Source: a virus
Taxonomy: Duplodnaviria; Caudoviricetes
DNA length: 31,449 bases
Reading direction: 5' to 3' (one strand)
Virus record (IMG/VR): IMGVR_UViG_3300027863_000121
Span: 1-31,449 of that record
The notes under the pieces were generated by a model, which was not told the DNA's origin, made no database searches, and saw only the letters and a program-made list of their open reading frames with translations. How positions within the stretch are numbered: position 1 is the stretch's first letter; each line of letters begins with the position of its first letter. A program made the translations under genes and the position numbers. Positions 17,131 to 25,603 of the stretch are shown piece after piece.

Positions 17131-17177
17131 TTGCGCAAAATTGAGCACGCTGGTATACTAATGTGCTCAATTTTGCG
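17131..17177 (+). promoter_or_regulatory. Putative sigma70 promoter of the portal operon inside a perfect 15-bp inverted repeat
   Basis: TTGCGC (17131-36), 17 bp, extended TGg-TATACT (17154-59). IR arms at 17134-17148 and 17163-17177. Confidence 0.65.
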
Positions 17178-17278
17178 AGAGACCCTTTCGGACGCCGTCG
17201 GGACGGAAAGGGACAGGGGACAAGGGACAGGGGGCATGTCAAGTTAGTATACCAACTTGCACATTGGAGGCGACAAAA

Positions 17279-19324
17279 ATGCGACTTTGGGGCTGGTGGA
17301 AAAAGCCAAAACAGTCGTTTCAGGAACTCCCACCGCAGCAACTTCGCTCCGAGTTGGGTTTTGGCGGCAGCGGGGTCGGCTATCTCTTGACAAACTTGGG
17401 CGCTGACGAATATTTGCCTGAACTTTCCTTCCCCAAATGCATTCAAGTTTACACCCGAATGCGTCGCTCCGATGCGACCGTTCAAGCCCTTGAACTTGCC
17501 ATCACTTTGCCCATCCGAGCGACCGATTGGGATGTCCAGCCTGCTTCCGACGACCCGACGGCAAAGGAAGCGGCAGATCTGGTCTATGACAACCTTTTCG
17601 GCGGCATGACCCACACTTTTGACGACTTCCTTCGGGACGCTCTTTTGGCGCTCTTTTACGGCTTTGTGGTCTTTGAGAAGGTCTTTGAGGAGCGGGATAA
17701 CTACATCGTTTGGCGCAAGTTCGCTCCGAGGCATCCGCAAACCATTGAACGCTTCCTTTTTGACGAAACAGGCGGCTTAGCAGGAGTTCGGCAAGTTGGT
17801 TTTGACCCCCAAGGGCGATTTCGGCAGGTTGACATCCCAATTGAGAAACTGTTGGTCTTCATCTGGCGTCGTGAACTTGGCAACCCTTATGGCGTCTCGG
17901 TTTTGCGGGCTGCCTACAAGCACTGGTTTCTCAAAGACCTTGCCTACAAACTTCAAGCGATTGCCCTTGAGCGATGGGCGGTCGGAATTCCCATCGGCAA
18001 AGTCCCCGCTGGCACTTCGGAGCAAGACAAGCAGACTTTTTTGCAAATGCTTGAAGCGATGCGGGGGCATGAGCGGGCTGCAATGGTGTTGCCTGAAGAC
18101 TACAGCGTGGAACTGATTGGAGCGGAAGCAGGACAGAGGGCAAATCAAGCATTCGTTGAAGCCATTCAGCATCACGACACGATGATTGTCAAATCAGTTT
18201 TGGCTCAGTTTTTGAACTTAGGGACGGGCGATGTTGGAAGTTGGGCACTATCAAGAGACCACAGCCAACTCTTTTTGATGGGCTTGAATTCCGTCGCCCA
18301 ATGGTTTGCCGACCACATCAACAGATATGCCATCCCGCAACTTTGCAGGCTCAATTTCGGTGAAGATTTCACCGACTTTCCCGAATTGACTTTCACTGAT
18401 TTGAGACTCGTCCTGCAACGGGAAGTCCTTGCCGAAGCCATCGGCAAACTGGTGCAAGTGGGCATCTTGACGCCCGACCGAAGTTTGCAGGAATGGGTTC
18501 GAGATGTCTTTGATTTGCCGCCACTGCCAGAAGAACAACCCGAAGAGGTTGAATTGCCAGCACCGGAAGCGACAGCGAGTAGCGACTCGCGACTGGCGAC
18601 TGGAAACGGCAGGAAATGGCGAATGGCGACTGGCGACTGGAAATGGCAAAAAGAACCAGTCGCTAATCACCAGTCGCTGCCGTTTCACCAGTCGCTAATC
18701 GCCAATCGCCAATCGCCGTCGTTTTGCCAATCGCCAGTCGCTAATCGCCAGTCGCAATTTTCCGATCCGCTGGGGCTCATTCAAGGGGCGACATTACGGG
18801 GATTGTCTGACACGACGATGACGGCGGCAGAGCAAAGTTTGCGGAATTTGTTGCGTCAACAAATTGACGCGTTGATGGAACAAGTTCGGCGTCTAATTGC
18901 CGATGCCGATGCTGGCAAACCTTCTGCGCTGCGAGAACTTGGTCGGCTTTCCGTCCCGCAGCATCTCGTTGATGCTTACGCCGTTGAGTTGACGAAATAC
19001 TTGATGGACGCCTATCGGGCTGCGAGATCGGTCTATCTCGCTTCCACTGGCTCCGACCCAACGAAGCCGATTCCCAGATGGGTTGACTTTTACTTGCAGG
19101 GGTTCGCTCAAGCCATCGCCCGCCAACACGCCGCGGATTTGGCTGCGACCGTCGGCTATGAGGCGCTGAGGCTTTATGAGGAAAGCAAAACGCTCGGGCG
19201 AAAATTCAGCGACGAACAAATTGAGGCGGCTGCAGTTGAACGGGCTGCAAACATGATGGACGATTTACCGCGAACGGTTGAGTTGTTGACAGAGATTTTG
19301 TTTGAGCCAGTGAGCAGCGAGTAG
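17279..19324 (+). CDS. Portal protein (Mu gp29/DUF935-like) with in-frame repeat insertion and C-terminal helical extension
   Basis: DALLALFYGFVVFEKV, GNPYGVSVLRAAYKHWFLK, LERWAVGIPIGK and GSWALSRDH motifs. GGAGG RBS at 17266-17270. Confidence 0.9.
   Translation: MRLWGWWKKPKQSFQELPPQQLRSELGFGGSGVGYLLTNLGADEYLPELSFPKCIQVYTRMRRSDATVQALELAITLPIRATDWDVQPASDDPTAKEAADLVYDNLFGGMTHTFDDFLRDALLALFYGFVVFEKVFEERDNYIVWRKFAPRHPQTIERFLFDETGGLAGVRQVGFDPQGRFRQVDIPIEKLLVFIWRRELGNPYGVSVLRAAYKHWFLKDLAYKLQAIALERWAVGIPIGKVPAGTSEQDKQTFLQMLEAMRGHERAAMVLPEDYSVELIGAEAGQRANQAFVEAIQHHDTMIVKSVLAQFLNLGTGDVGSWALSRDHSQLFLMGLNSVAQWFADHINRYAIPQLCRLNFGEDFTDFPELTFTDLRLVLQREVLAEAIGKLVQVGILTPDRSLQEWVRDVFDLPPLPEEQPEEVELPAPEATASSDSRLATGNGRKWRMATGDWKWQKEPVANHQSLPFHQSLIANRQSPSFCQSPVANRQSQFSDPLGLIQGATLRGLSDTTMTAAEQSLRNLLRQQIDALMEQVRRLIADADAGKPSALRELGRLSVPQHLVDAYAVELTKYLMDAYRAARSVYLASTGSDPTKPIPRWVDFYLQGFAQAIARQHAADLAATVGYEALRLYEESKTLGRKFSDEQIEAAAVERAANMMDDLPRTVELLTEILFEPVSSE
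18580..18755 (+). repeat. Heptamer-built palindromic repeat, copy 3, in frame inside the portal ORF
   Basis: Near-identical to 4916-5053; translated as SDSRLATGNGRKWRMATGDWKWQKEPVANHQSLPFHQSLIANRQS... Confidence 0.9.
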
Positions 19325-19342
19325 CAAGTAGCGAATGGAGGG

Positions 19343-19861
19343 ATGGCTATGGAGCCGGGCATTGCCATTGAAATCGTGAATGACCAACTGGTCGTTCACT
19401 TCATTGACTCTTACAGCCACCGCCTTCAAAACTTTGAACCTGTTTGGAGGCAGATTGCGAAAGACTTGATGGAACTTGAGGAGCAAATTTTTGCGACGCA
19501 AGGGAGCGTCATCGGCAAACCTTGGGCACCCTTGTCGCCCAAAACAATCCGACAAAAACAACGGAAAGGCTTCCCGCTTGAACCGCTTGTTAGGACTGGA
19601 AGGTTGAGAGCATCCTTGACCGATGAAACGAGCGGCGAGATGATTCTGGACATTGAGCCTTTAGGTTTGACTTTCGGTTCGGCAAGACCAGTTGATCGTG
19701 GCGATTGGTGGCTTGCTCCCATTCATCATTTTGGCGCTCCGAGACGAAACATCCCTGCAAGAGCATTGATGCCTGACAATCAGTTTCTTGTCGGACGCTA
19801 TCGAGAACGATGGCAGGATTACTTTCTCAATTACCTGTCCGAGGAGAAAGAGTTCCTTTAA
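19343..19861 (+). CDS. Virion morphogenesis / tail completion protein (Mu gpG-like)
   Basis: WAPLSPKT...LVRTGRLRASL...APIHHFG...IPARALM motifs. Confidence 0.85.
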   Translation: MAMEPGIAIEIVNDQLVVHFIDSYSHRLQNFEPVWRQIAKDLMELEEQIFATQGSVIGKPWAPLSPKTIRQKQRKGFPLEPLVRTGRLRASLTDETSGEMILDIEPLGLTFGSARPVDRGDWWLAPIHHFGAPRRNIPARALMPDNQFLVGRYRERWQDYFLNYLSEEKEFL

Positions 19862-19876
19862 CAAGGAGGTGCTTCG

Positions 19877-20305
19877 ATGCCACGCTATCACAGCCTTTCC
19901 GATGTCCAAAGTCGCTTGCCTTCGTCCATCGCCACCATTGATGCCTTGACAGAACCCAATGCCGATCAAGTGACGGCATGGATGGACGAGGTTGAGGCTT
20001 TCGTTGAAGGTCAATTGGCGACCCGATATCAAGTGCCCATCACTGGAACGCAAAGTCTCTTGATTGTCCGGGACATTTGCGCCGATTTGACAGCCTACCG
20101 AGTTTGGCAGTTTAAGGCGATGGGCATTGACGACCCCGAATTTCGCAACCAAGCGGAAGTGCTAAGGCAGCGGGCGATGGAAAAACTTCAAGCAATTTTG
20201 CAAGGCACAATGGTCTTGCCCGACCAAGCCGAAGCACCGTCTTCATCAACGCCAACAGGAACTTTCCCCGAACCGATTTTTGAGAGGGACAGAATTCAAT
20301 GGTGA
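19877..20305 (+). CDS. Head-tail adaptor (Mu gp36/DUF1320-like)
   Basis: Y.SLSDV...VEGQLATRYQVP...ICADLTAYRV...AMEKLQAILQG motif. Confidence 0.82.
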   Translation: MPRYHSLSDVQSRLPSSIATIDALTEPNADQVTAWMDEVEAFVEGQLATRYQVPITGTQSLLIVRDICADLTAYRVWQFKAMGIDDPEFRNQAEVLRQRAMEKLQAILQGTMVLPDQAEAPSSSTPTGTFPEPIFERDRIQW

Positions 20306-20325
20306 AGCGTAATGCATAAGACAAG

Positions 20326-20799
20326 GTGAGCAGGATGGCGAAGACGAGGGAGTTGATTGAGCAGATTATCAACTATTTGGCGATGCGGCTGCCAAATGCC
20401 GTTGCGGCGGCAGGGTTGCCGACGCCGACAGGGATTGAATATGGTGATTTGGTGTTGGTGAGCCCGACAAATTTGCCCCGACTTGCCGTTGACATCAATC
20501 GCTACCCGCAACAGCAGGCGACCCTCGGTCCGAGCGCCCAACTGCGTCAGCGGATGGAAGGAGAAGTTTGGGTTGCAGTGGCAGGGCAAGACAAGGAAGA
20601 GACGGCGAAACTTTTGCACGATTACGCCGACATCGTTGCGGAAGTTTTAGCGGGCGACATTCAGGCTGGCGGCTTGGCACTGATCTTGCAAGTGACGGAA
20701 GTAGATTTTTCGCCGACCGTTAGATGGCAAAACGCATTGGTTCGTGTGGCAAGGATTCGGTTTCAAGCGGTCACGCAAACGAGGCGAGTAGCGAGTTAG
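20326..20799 (+). CDS. Tail terminator-like protein (Mu gp37-like)
   Basis: Size, position after the adaptor, and alpha/beta pattern (NLPRLAV...VWVAV...ARIRFQA). Confidence 0.6.
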   Translation: MSRMAKTRELIEQIINYLAMRLPNAVAAAGLPTPTGIEYGDLVLVSPTNLPRLAVDINRYPQQQATLGPSAQLRQRMEGEVWVAVAGQDKEETAKLLHDYADIVAEVLAGDIQAGGLALILQVTEVDFSPTVRWQNALVRVARIRFQAVTQTRRVAS

Positions 20800-20816
20800 C
20801 GAGTAGCGAGTCAGTG

Positions 20817-21056
20817 TTACTTACTTACCAGAATGTCCATTGATTCGCCTAATAGCAAAGTTGCTTGCTCTGCTTGCCGATAGGCTTCTTCCTTAGGGAC
20901 ACCTCTCAAAATCGCTGATTTTGCTTGCCATTCCTTAAACAATCTCAAAATCTCCGCTTGTTCTTTGATTGTTGGTGCTCCTCGTTTGTCCACCCTCTCC
21001 AAAATTCCCTGCAATTGCTTTTCCAGTTCCTCTACTTCCTTTTTGAGTGCTTCCAT
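20817..21056 (-). CDS. 79-aa helical protein, candidate immunity partner of the MuF fusion
   Basis: GGAGGTGA RBS overlapping the upstream stop; starts 8 bp after the MuF-fusion gene. Confidence 0.6.
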   Translation of the reverse strand: MEALKKEVEELEKQLQGILERVDKRGAPTIKEQAEILRLFKEWQAKSAILRGVPKEEAYRQAEQATLLLGESMDILVSK

Positions 21057-21064
21057 AACTCAAT

Positions 21065-22564
21065 TCACCTCCAACCTAACCGTTCAAAAAGCCGATCGAA
21101 GGCTTCCGCAATTGGGCGGAAATCATCTTCTTCCCACTGCCAAGGGATCTCACGCGTCTCACCTGCAACATCCACAGCCATCCTTAACTTTCGCCTTATT
21201 TCAGCCAATAGCGCTTCATCTTGGGTCTTATAGGCGATGTATTGCGCATAACTACGGGCAAAAAATTCCCGCCTTGATGTCACATTCCGCGAAATGAGCA
21301 TACTTATCAATCCCAACCCCCTTCTCCGTAATTCTTCTTCAAACTGCACCAACTCCTGATATGCCCTTGATTGCCTTACTGCTCTCCACCAATCGTCCAA
21401 CACTGGGCTACTCATGTCAGACGAAAATTGCCCTCGCACACCAATTGCTTCCAAATCCAAAACATGTCCAATCTCGTGTATGATGGTAGACAGCGGGGTG
21501 GGAGGTGGCATTGCTATGACAATGTAATCGGGACTATTACTGGGTGCGTCAAGACTGTAACGCAGCACCAATCCGCCCAACATACCTCCGAGTTCTTCCT
21601 CTGCGGGTCTGACATCAAGCACTTTAACGGCAGGGATTTTGTGAACCTGCTCAATTAACTCCAGTGCTTTCCTATACTGCTGGACTTCTCCCACCAACTT
21701 GATGCAAGCGCTAACTGGTAATTTGGTCATGTATCTATGTAACTCTGGGAATATAACCCGCAGTGTAGCCATAAACGCTTGTGCTCCGTTGTCTCCCGTT
21801 GGCAATTGCCTTAGTCGCTCATAAACTTCCTCTGTGTTCAACGCGATGATGTTTCCTTCCAACCTCATCCATACAGCATTGCGTTGATTCAGTTCCCTCA
21901 CTATCGGCGAATCCTTTGGGGGAATGACAATAGCACTAACATTCGGCATTCCTTCCCTCCATGCTTCTGCAGGAATCTGCCTAAGCGTCCTACCGATGAC
22001 CGTCAGCGAAACAACCGGTCGCTCACCCGGTGGGGGCAATAAGCCTTGGAGGGAAAACCCGGGCATTTCTCTCTCAGGTGGTGGACGAAACTCCAACTTG
22101 CTAACCCATCGCCCTGTTGTCGGGTCTTTCACCCGACGGAAGATGAAATCCCGCCCCTCAACCCTCGCAGGAATTTGCAACGCCTCATAGCGAACCTCAC
22201 GACCTCTTACTCTGTCAGCGACGAAGTGGGCATGTCTAAGCAATGGCTCAACTTCGTTCGGGTCAAAGTTCTCTTGTGCCATCCCTTCTTGTAAATGAAC
22301 GACGACGCAACGGCAATTGATGTGGAAAGGAGGCAAATAAGCGCTGAAAGCATCTTTTCGGAAAACCTTTCGGTTCATCGCTTGACAAAAAGGACAAGCA
22401 TCGGCTCTTGCCCTGATTTCCACCAACGGAAATCGTTTCGGATCAACGGCTTCCATCCCGCCAAGCCTGATAGCGCTGGTGACCGAGACTCGAATCCCTG
22501 CCATCAACGGGGCATTTCGCTTGCCTTGTGCCAATTGTCGAAGTTGCTCAAGATTGATGGGCAT
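21065..22564 (-). CDS. MuF (minor head) core fused to an HEXXH metallopeptidase-like/LPD1-like domain
   Basis: N-terminal CPFC...PPFHINCRC (MuF signature); C-terminal HEIGHVLD...EFFARSYAQY...IAEAFDRLF. Confidence 0.78.
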   Translation of the reverse strand: MPINLEQLRQLAQGKRNAPLMAGIRVSVTSAIRLGGMEAVDPKRFPLVEIRARADACPFCQAMNRKVFRKDAFSAYLPPFHINCRCVVVHLQEGMAQENFDPNEVEPLLRHAHFVADRVRGREVRYEALQIPARVEGRDFIFRRVKDPTTGRWVSKLEFRPPPEREMPGFSLQGLLPPPGERPVVSLTVIGRTLRQIPAEAWREGMPNVSAIVIPPKDSPIVRELNQRNAVWMRLEGNIIALNTEEVYERLRQLPTGDNGAQAFMATLRVIFPELHRYMTKLPVSACIKLVGEVQQYRKALELIEQVHKIPAVKVLDVRPAEEELGGMLGGLVLRYSLDAPSNSPDYIVIAMPPPTPLSTIIHEIGHVLDLEAIGVRGQFSSDMSSPVLDDWWRAVRQSRAYQELVQFEEELRRRGLGLISMLISRNVTSRREFFARSYAQYIAYKTQDEALLAEIRRKLRMAVDVAGETREIPWQWEEDDFRPIAEAFDRLFERLGWR

Positions 22565-22844
22565 GGTTTGTCACCTTACCATTTCCTTGACCGTTTCCTT
22601 GCTTTACTGCGATGACCACAAAAATTTTGCCATTGCAGCAGCCACGATTTGATGAAGTTAAGACGGCTGAAAAGCGCTTTGAGTGCCAAATCCGAATTGT
22701 CGTCCCACACTTGCGACATTTCTGCTCGCAAAACAAAATGCCTCGCTTCGGCGGTCTTTTGACCTGCCGCAACTCAAACCTTGCCCCTTTGCGGATGAGC
22801 CGATAATGCATCACACCGTTTCGCATAAGAGCAGGGGCGACCAT
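22548..22844 (-). CDS. Hypothetical basic Cys-containing protein
   Basis: Fills the operon gap; contains CxxC and CC. Confidence 0.5.
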   Translation of the reverse strand: MVAPALMRNGVMHYRLIRKGARFELRQVKRPPKRGILFCEQKCRKCGTTIRIWHSKRFSAVLTSSNRGCCNGKIFVVIAVKQGNGQGNGKVTNHAHQS

Positions 22845-22878
22845 TTCGGTCGCCCCCTGACACCCCCTTTACCCCCCG

Positions 22879-23262
22879 TTAGTCTTTACGGAATTCAACC
22901 CTCGGCTCTTCCCCGACTTTTACGACCAACCGTTCAACGACATTGGCGGGCAAAAAGCCAGCGTCACGAAGTTTGGCTGGAACGGTGTGGTTGGGATTGG
23001 CGAAACGAAGGGCGGCTTCAAGTGCTTTCGGGTCATTTCGGATGTGCCGAAGCAAACCATCAAGGTCAAGGATGAATTTGGGTTGCCAGCGAACTATCGC
23101 CTTGCCGATGCCCTTTGCCTCGAAGCCCTCTGGGAACTTTTCAGCGAACCAATCACGGATCTCCTTCAACTGCTCTTCCAGCCTTTCAATCTGCGCCTTC
23201 AGTTGCAGTGCTTTGCGTAATCGCTTCGTTGCTTCCTTCATCAAATCTTGCGTTGCGATCAT
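22879..23262 (-). CDS. Hypothetical early protein (coiled coil plus beta C-terminus; distantly Gam/DUF3164-like at best)
   Basis: GGAGG/GAGG RBS before ATG 23262; N-terminal coiled coil. Confidence 0.6.
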   Translation of the reverse strand: MIATQDLMKEATKRLRKALQLKAQIERLEEQLKEIRDWFAEKFPEGFEAKGIGKAIVRWQPKFILDLDGLLRHIRNDPKALEAALRFANPNHTVPAKLRDAGFLPANVVERLVVKVGEEPRVEFRKD

Positions 23263-23578
23263 CTTCCTCGCCTCCTTCATACTTCGGAATTTGTCTGATA
23301 ACTTCCAACGCCCATGCAACTGACGCTTCAATCGCTTCTTCTTTTGTATCAAAGCGGCGGGTATAATCGGTTATGCTAATGGTATTCCTTTTCGTTCTGA
23401 TGCTAATGTCTGGACACCACTTCTTTTCTCCCCTCTCCCCAACCCAATCCGCGTAGTGGGCATAAATCACCGTGATTTCGTCTGCCTTTATAAAAATCAC
23501 TGAGCCCGTATCTCCAAGTTGCCTGAATACTAACCAACCTTTGGGAACTTTCTCTCCCTTAGGCAATGGAATTATCAT
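23186..23578 (-). CDS. Hypothetical protein
   Basis: AGGAGGTGA RBS; part of the early operon. Confidence 0.6.
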   Translation of the reverse strand: MIIPLPKGEKVPKGWLVFRQLGDTGSVIFIKADEITVIYAHYADWVGERGEKKWCPDISIRTKRNTISITDYTRRFDTKEEAIEASVAWALEVIRQIPKYEGGEEDDRNARFDEGSNEAITQSTATEGAD

Positions 23579-23590
23579 CCCTCTCACCTC

Positions 23591-23962
23591 CTAAATCGTG
23601 ATAAGCCTTGTAGTCCCAACAATCCGACCTTGTTCGTCACGAATTGCCCCCGAACCAGTATCGGGAGCACAAAAGAGCGGTTTCGTTGGCATGGATCTAA
23701 GGGCTGCTTTGAGCGAAAGCAGCATCGGCAAACTGACGATGACAATATCGGCTGACCAAATTTCCTGCGGCATCGTTGACATGTCAACGGAGAAACGCCT
23801 CGCTACAACTTCAATGCCTTCAGTGTCAAAACCCAGCCTTTCGGTGATCTCAACATCTTCTTCCTTCAACCGCCAGACCAACCCTGACGGCTCAATGGTG
23901 ATCTCTGAGCCGTCTTTCCTGCGAATCACGATTGGATGCGGCGTCAAGTTCAAAATCTTCAT
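23591..23962 (-). CDS. 123-aa NLTPH-motif protein; candidate Crn4-like ring nuclease
   Basis: Motif set MKILNLTPH...PSG...R...IVS...PD...RDEQGRIVG. AGGAGGT RBS and ATGA coupling. The family assignment is from recall and unverified. Confidence 0.55.
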   Translation of the reverse strand: MKILNLTPHPIVIRRKDGSEITIEPSGLVWRLKEEDVEITERLGFDTEGIEVVARRFSVDMSTMPQEIWSADIVIVSLPMLLSLKAALRSMPTKPLFCAPDTGSGAIRDEQGRIVGTTRLITI

Positions 23963-24552
23963 CGTCCATACACCTCCTTGATGAATTCCTTGACTGTTTC
24001 TTCTGTTATTCCCATCTGCCGAAGCCACGCTAAGGCGGGTTCGGACAGATAGTTGTGCTCTTTCAGCGCTGACAAAACTGCTCTGCTGAAAAGTTTTTGT
24101 GCAAACCGCTCTGGTGATTGTCTGAGATGCTTGATGTCTTCATCAAAGATGAGCGACATCAAAAATTGCTTCCCCTCATCGGTGATGATTGTCAACCTGC
24201 GTTGCACTTGTTCGTTGACCCACTGACGATAAACCCGCTTTAGGACGGAAATGGGCTTTGCTTGCTGTCTTAGTCGGTCAATTTCACGCTGGATGTAGTC
24301 CCAAAGTTCGTCAGGAGTTTCAGCAATGAAATAGCCAGCCAAAGCATCATTGCTGGCGCAAATCGAAAAGCCTTTGAGCCGAAGTTGATGCATGATGTCA
24401 CGAAGTTCCCTCGTCGGGTCCGCACCCAAGTCAATGCCAAGACTTTGGAGTTCAGCGATGATTTGTTTGCTTGGCTTTGCATTGACTTTCCCTTTGCCGA
24501 GAAGGCTCAGGACTGTTTCTTCAATGATTGTCAACTGCTCCGTTGCTGTCAC
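23959..24552 (-). CDS. Winged-helix DNA-binding protein
   Basis: RELRDIMHQLRLKGFSICAS...GYFIAETPDE phage wHTH pattern; GTG start coupled to the upstream TGA. Confidence 0.65.
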   Translation of the reverse strand: MTATEQLTIIEETVLSLLGKGKVNAKPSKQIIAELQSLGIDLGADPTRELRDIMHQLRLKGFSICASNDALAGYFIAETPDELWDYIQREIDRLRQQAKPISVLKRVYRQWVNEQVQRRLTIITDEGKQFLMSLIFDEDIKHLRQSPERFAQKLFSRAVLSALKEHNYLSEPALAWLRQMGITEETVKEFIKEVYGR

Positions 24553-24848
24553 ATCGTTTCCCTCCCGTTCAGCCTGACTTCGTAGATGGCATTGATGAGA
24601 GCGTCCCTTCGTTTGAGTTGGCGAGAACAAAACTGACAAAAAACTTCAAGGCAAATTTTCCGGAAGGCATAGTCGACGCAAAGCAAGTCGGCAAATTCGC
24701 CCTCTTTGATCACCCCATTGCAAGCACCGCACTCAATCGCTCTCCCGATTTTCACCCTAACCCACTTAAACTTCCCTCTCTCAATCAGCCACAATTTTTC
24801 ATCTCGCTCCAACATCCTCACGAGCCTCTCAGCAACCGCTTTCGTCAT
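24549..24848 (-). CDS. Hypothetical Zn-binding protein
   Basis: CGAC ... CQFC motifs; GGAGGT RBS. Confidence 0.65.
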   Translation of the reverse strand: MTKAVAERLVRMLERDEKLWLIERGKFKWVRVKIGRAIECGACNGVIKEGEFADLLCVDYAFRKICLEVFCQFCSRQLKRRDALINAIYEVRLNGRETM

Positions 24849-25095
24849 CGTAGAACACCTCCGAATAGCCCCTCATGAACAAATCCTCTTCCGACTTAAC
24901 CCACAACCTTCGCCCATTCTCAGGATCAATGCACCAGAGACGGCTCGTTTCAGCATCTCTGTGAGTTTCAACTCGGTAAACTTTCACAGTGAAACCGAAT
25001 TGCGTTAGCACTTCACCGATTGTTCGTGCGTTGTAGCCGTTCCCGACAATTTTCCGCTCACGACCTTCTTTGTCCTTTGTTTTCAGAAGCCACAT
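24829..25095 (-). CDS. Hypothetical protein
   Basis: In tightly packed early operon with RBS. Confidence 0.6.
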   Translation of the reverse strand: MWLLKTKDKEGRERKIVGNGYNARTIGEVLTQFGFTVKVYRVETHRDAETSRLWCIDPENGRRLWVKSEEDLFMRGYSEVFYDDESGC

Positions 25096-25258
25096 CCCCT
25101 TTCACCTCCGTTCGCTTTTGCATTGCGCAACGGAAGCAAACACGGGCAAAATGTCTGTCAACATCAATGACTGTGTGGATTGGGCAAATTGGCTTTTTGC
25201 ATTCGGCGCATTGATTGATTGCTTTCGCGTTGCAGTAGGCACATTTTTGCTCCTTCAT
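25058..25258 (-). CDS. Small zinc-finger protein
   Basis: CxxC-CxxC-CxxH-CxxC in 66 aa; ATGA coupling. Confidence 0.7.
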   Translation of the reverse strand: MKEQKCAYCNAKAINQCAECKKPICPIHTVIDVDRHFARVCFRCAMQKRTEVKGDVASENKGQRRS

Positions 25259-25557
25259 CGCTCGGACACCTCTGGGAACTCATCTGGATTGACCATCTTG
25301 AAGAACTTCGCAATTTTCAACATCAACCCCTCCCGGTTGGGCGACTGGTTTTCGTGGTCAAAATTCGCTAAGACCAGTTCACCATCGTTGAGTAAGCCTG
25401 TTAGCAACCTTTTAAGCACCTTTAACCGATACAAGCTCAAAAGCCATGAGTCCCGAGCGCCTTCTTGCTCAATCATCCGCCGAACACGCTCAATTTGCAA
25501 ACCGACTTCTTTCCTCAACTCCGCAACCAGTTGGGCATCCACCTTCATTGCTTTCAC
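25255..25557 (-). CDS. Hypothetical protein
   Basis: GGAGGTGA RBS (start probably ATG 25548). Confidence 0.6.
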   Translation of the reverse strand: MKAMKVDAQLVAELRKEVGLQIERVRRMIEQEGARDSWLLSLYRLKVLKRLLTGLLNDGELVLANFDHENQSPNREGLMLKIAKFFKMVNPDEFPEVSER

Positions 25558-25603
25558 CTCCGTGATGCGTGATGCGTAATGCGTCCTTCTCCGAGTCTCC
25601 GTT

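Noticed and set aside
4916-18755. Repeat copies as DGR template/variable regions
   Set aside because: No reverse transcriptase, differences are not adenine-specific, and most copies are intergenic.
22879-23262. Firm call as Mu Gam
   Set aside because: Shorter than Gam and only a generic coiled-coil resemblance.
23591-23962. AcrIII-1 (DUF1874) ring nuclease
   Set aside because: Lacks the NAFS and GH motifs of that family.
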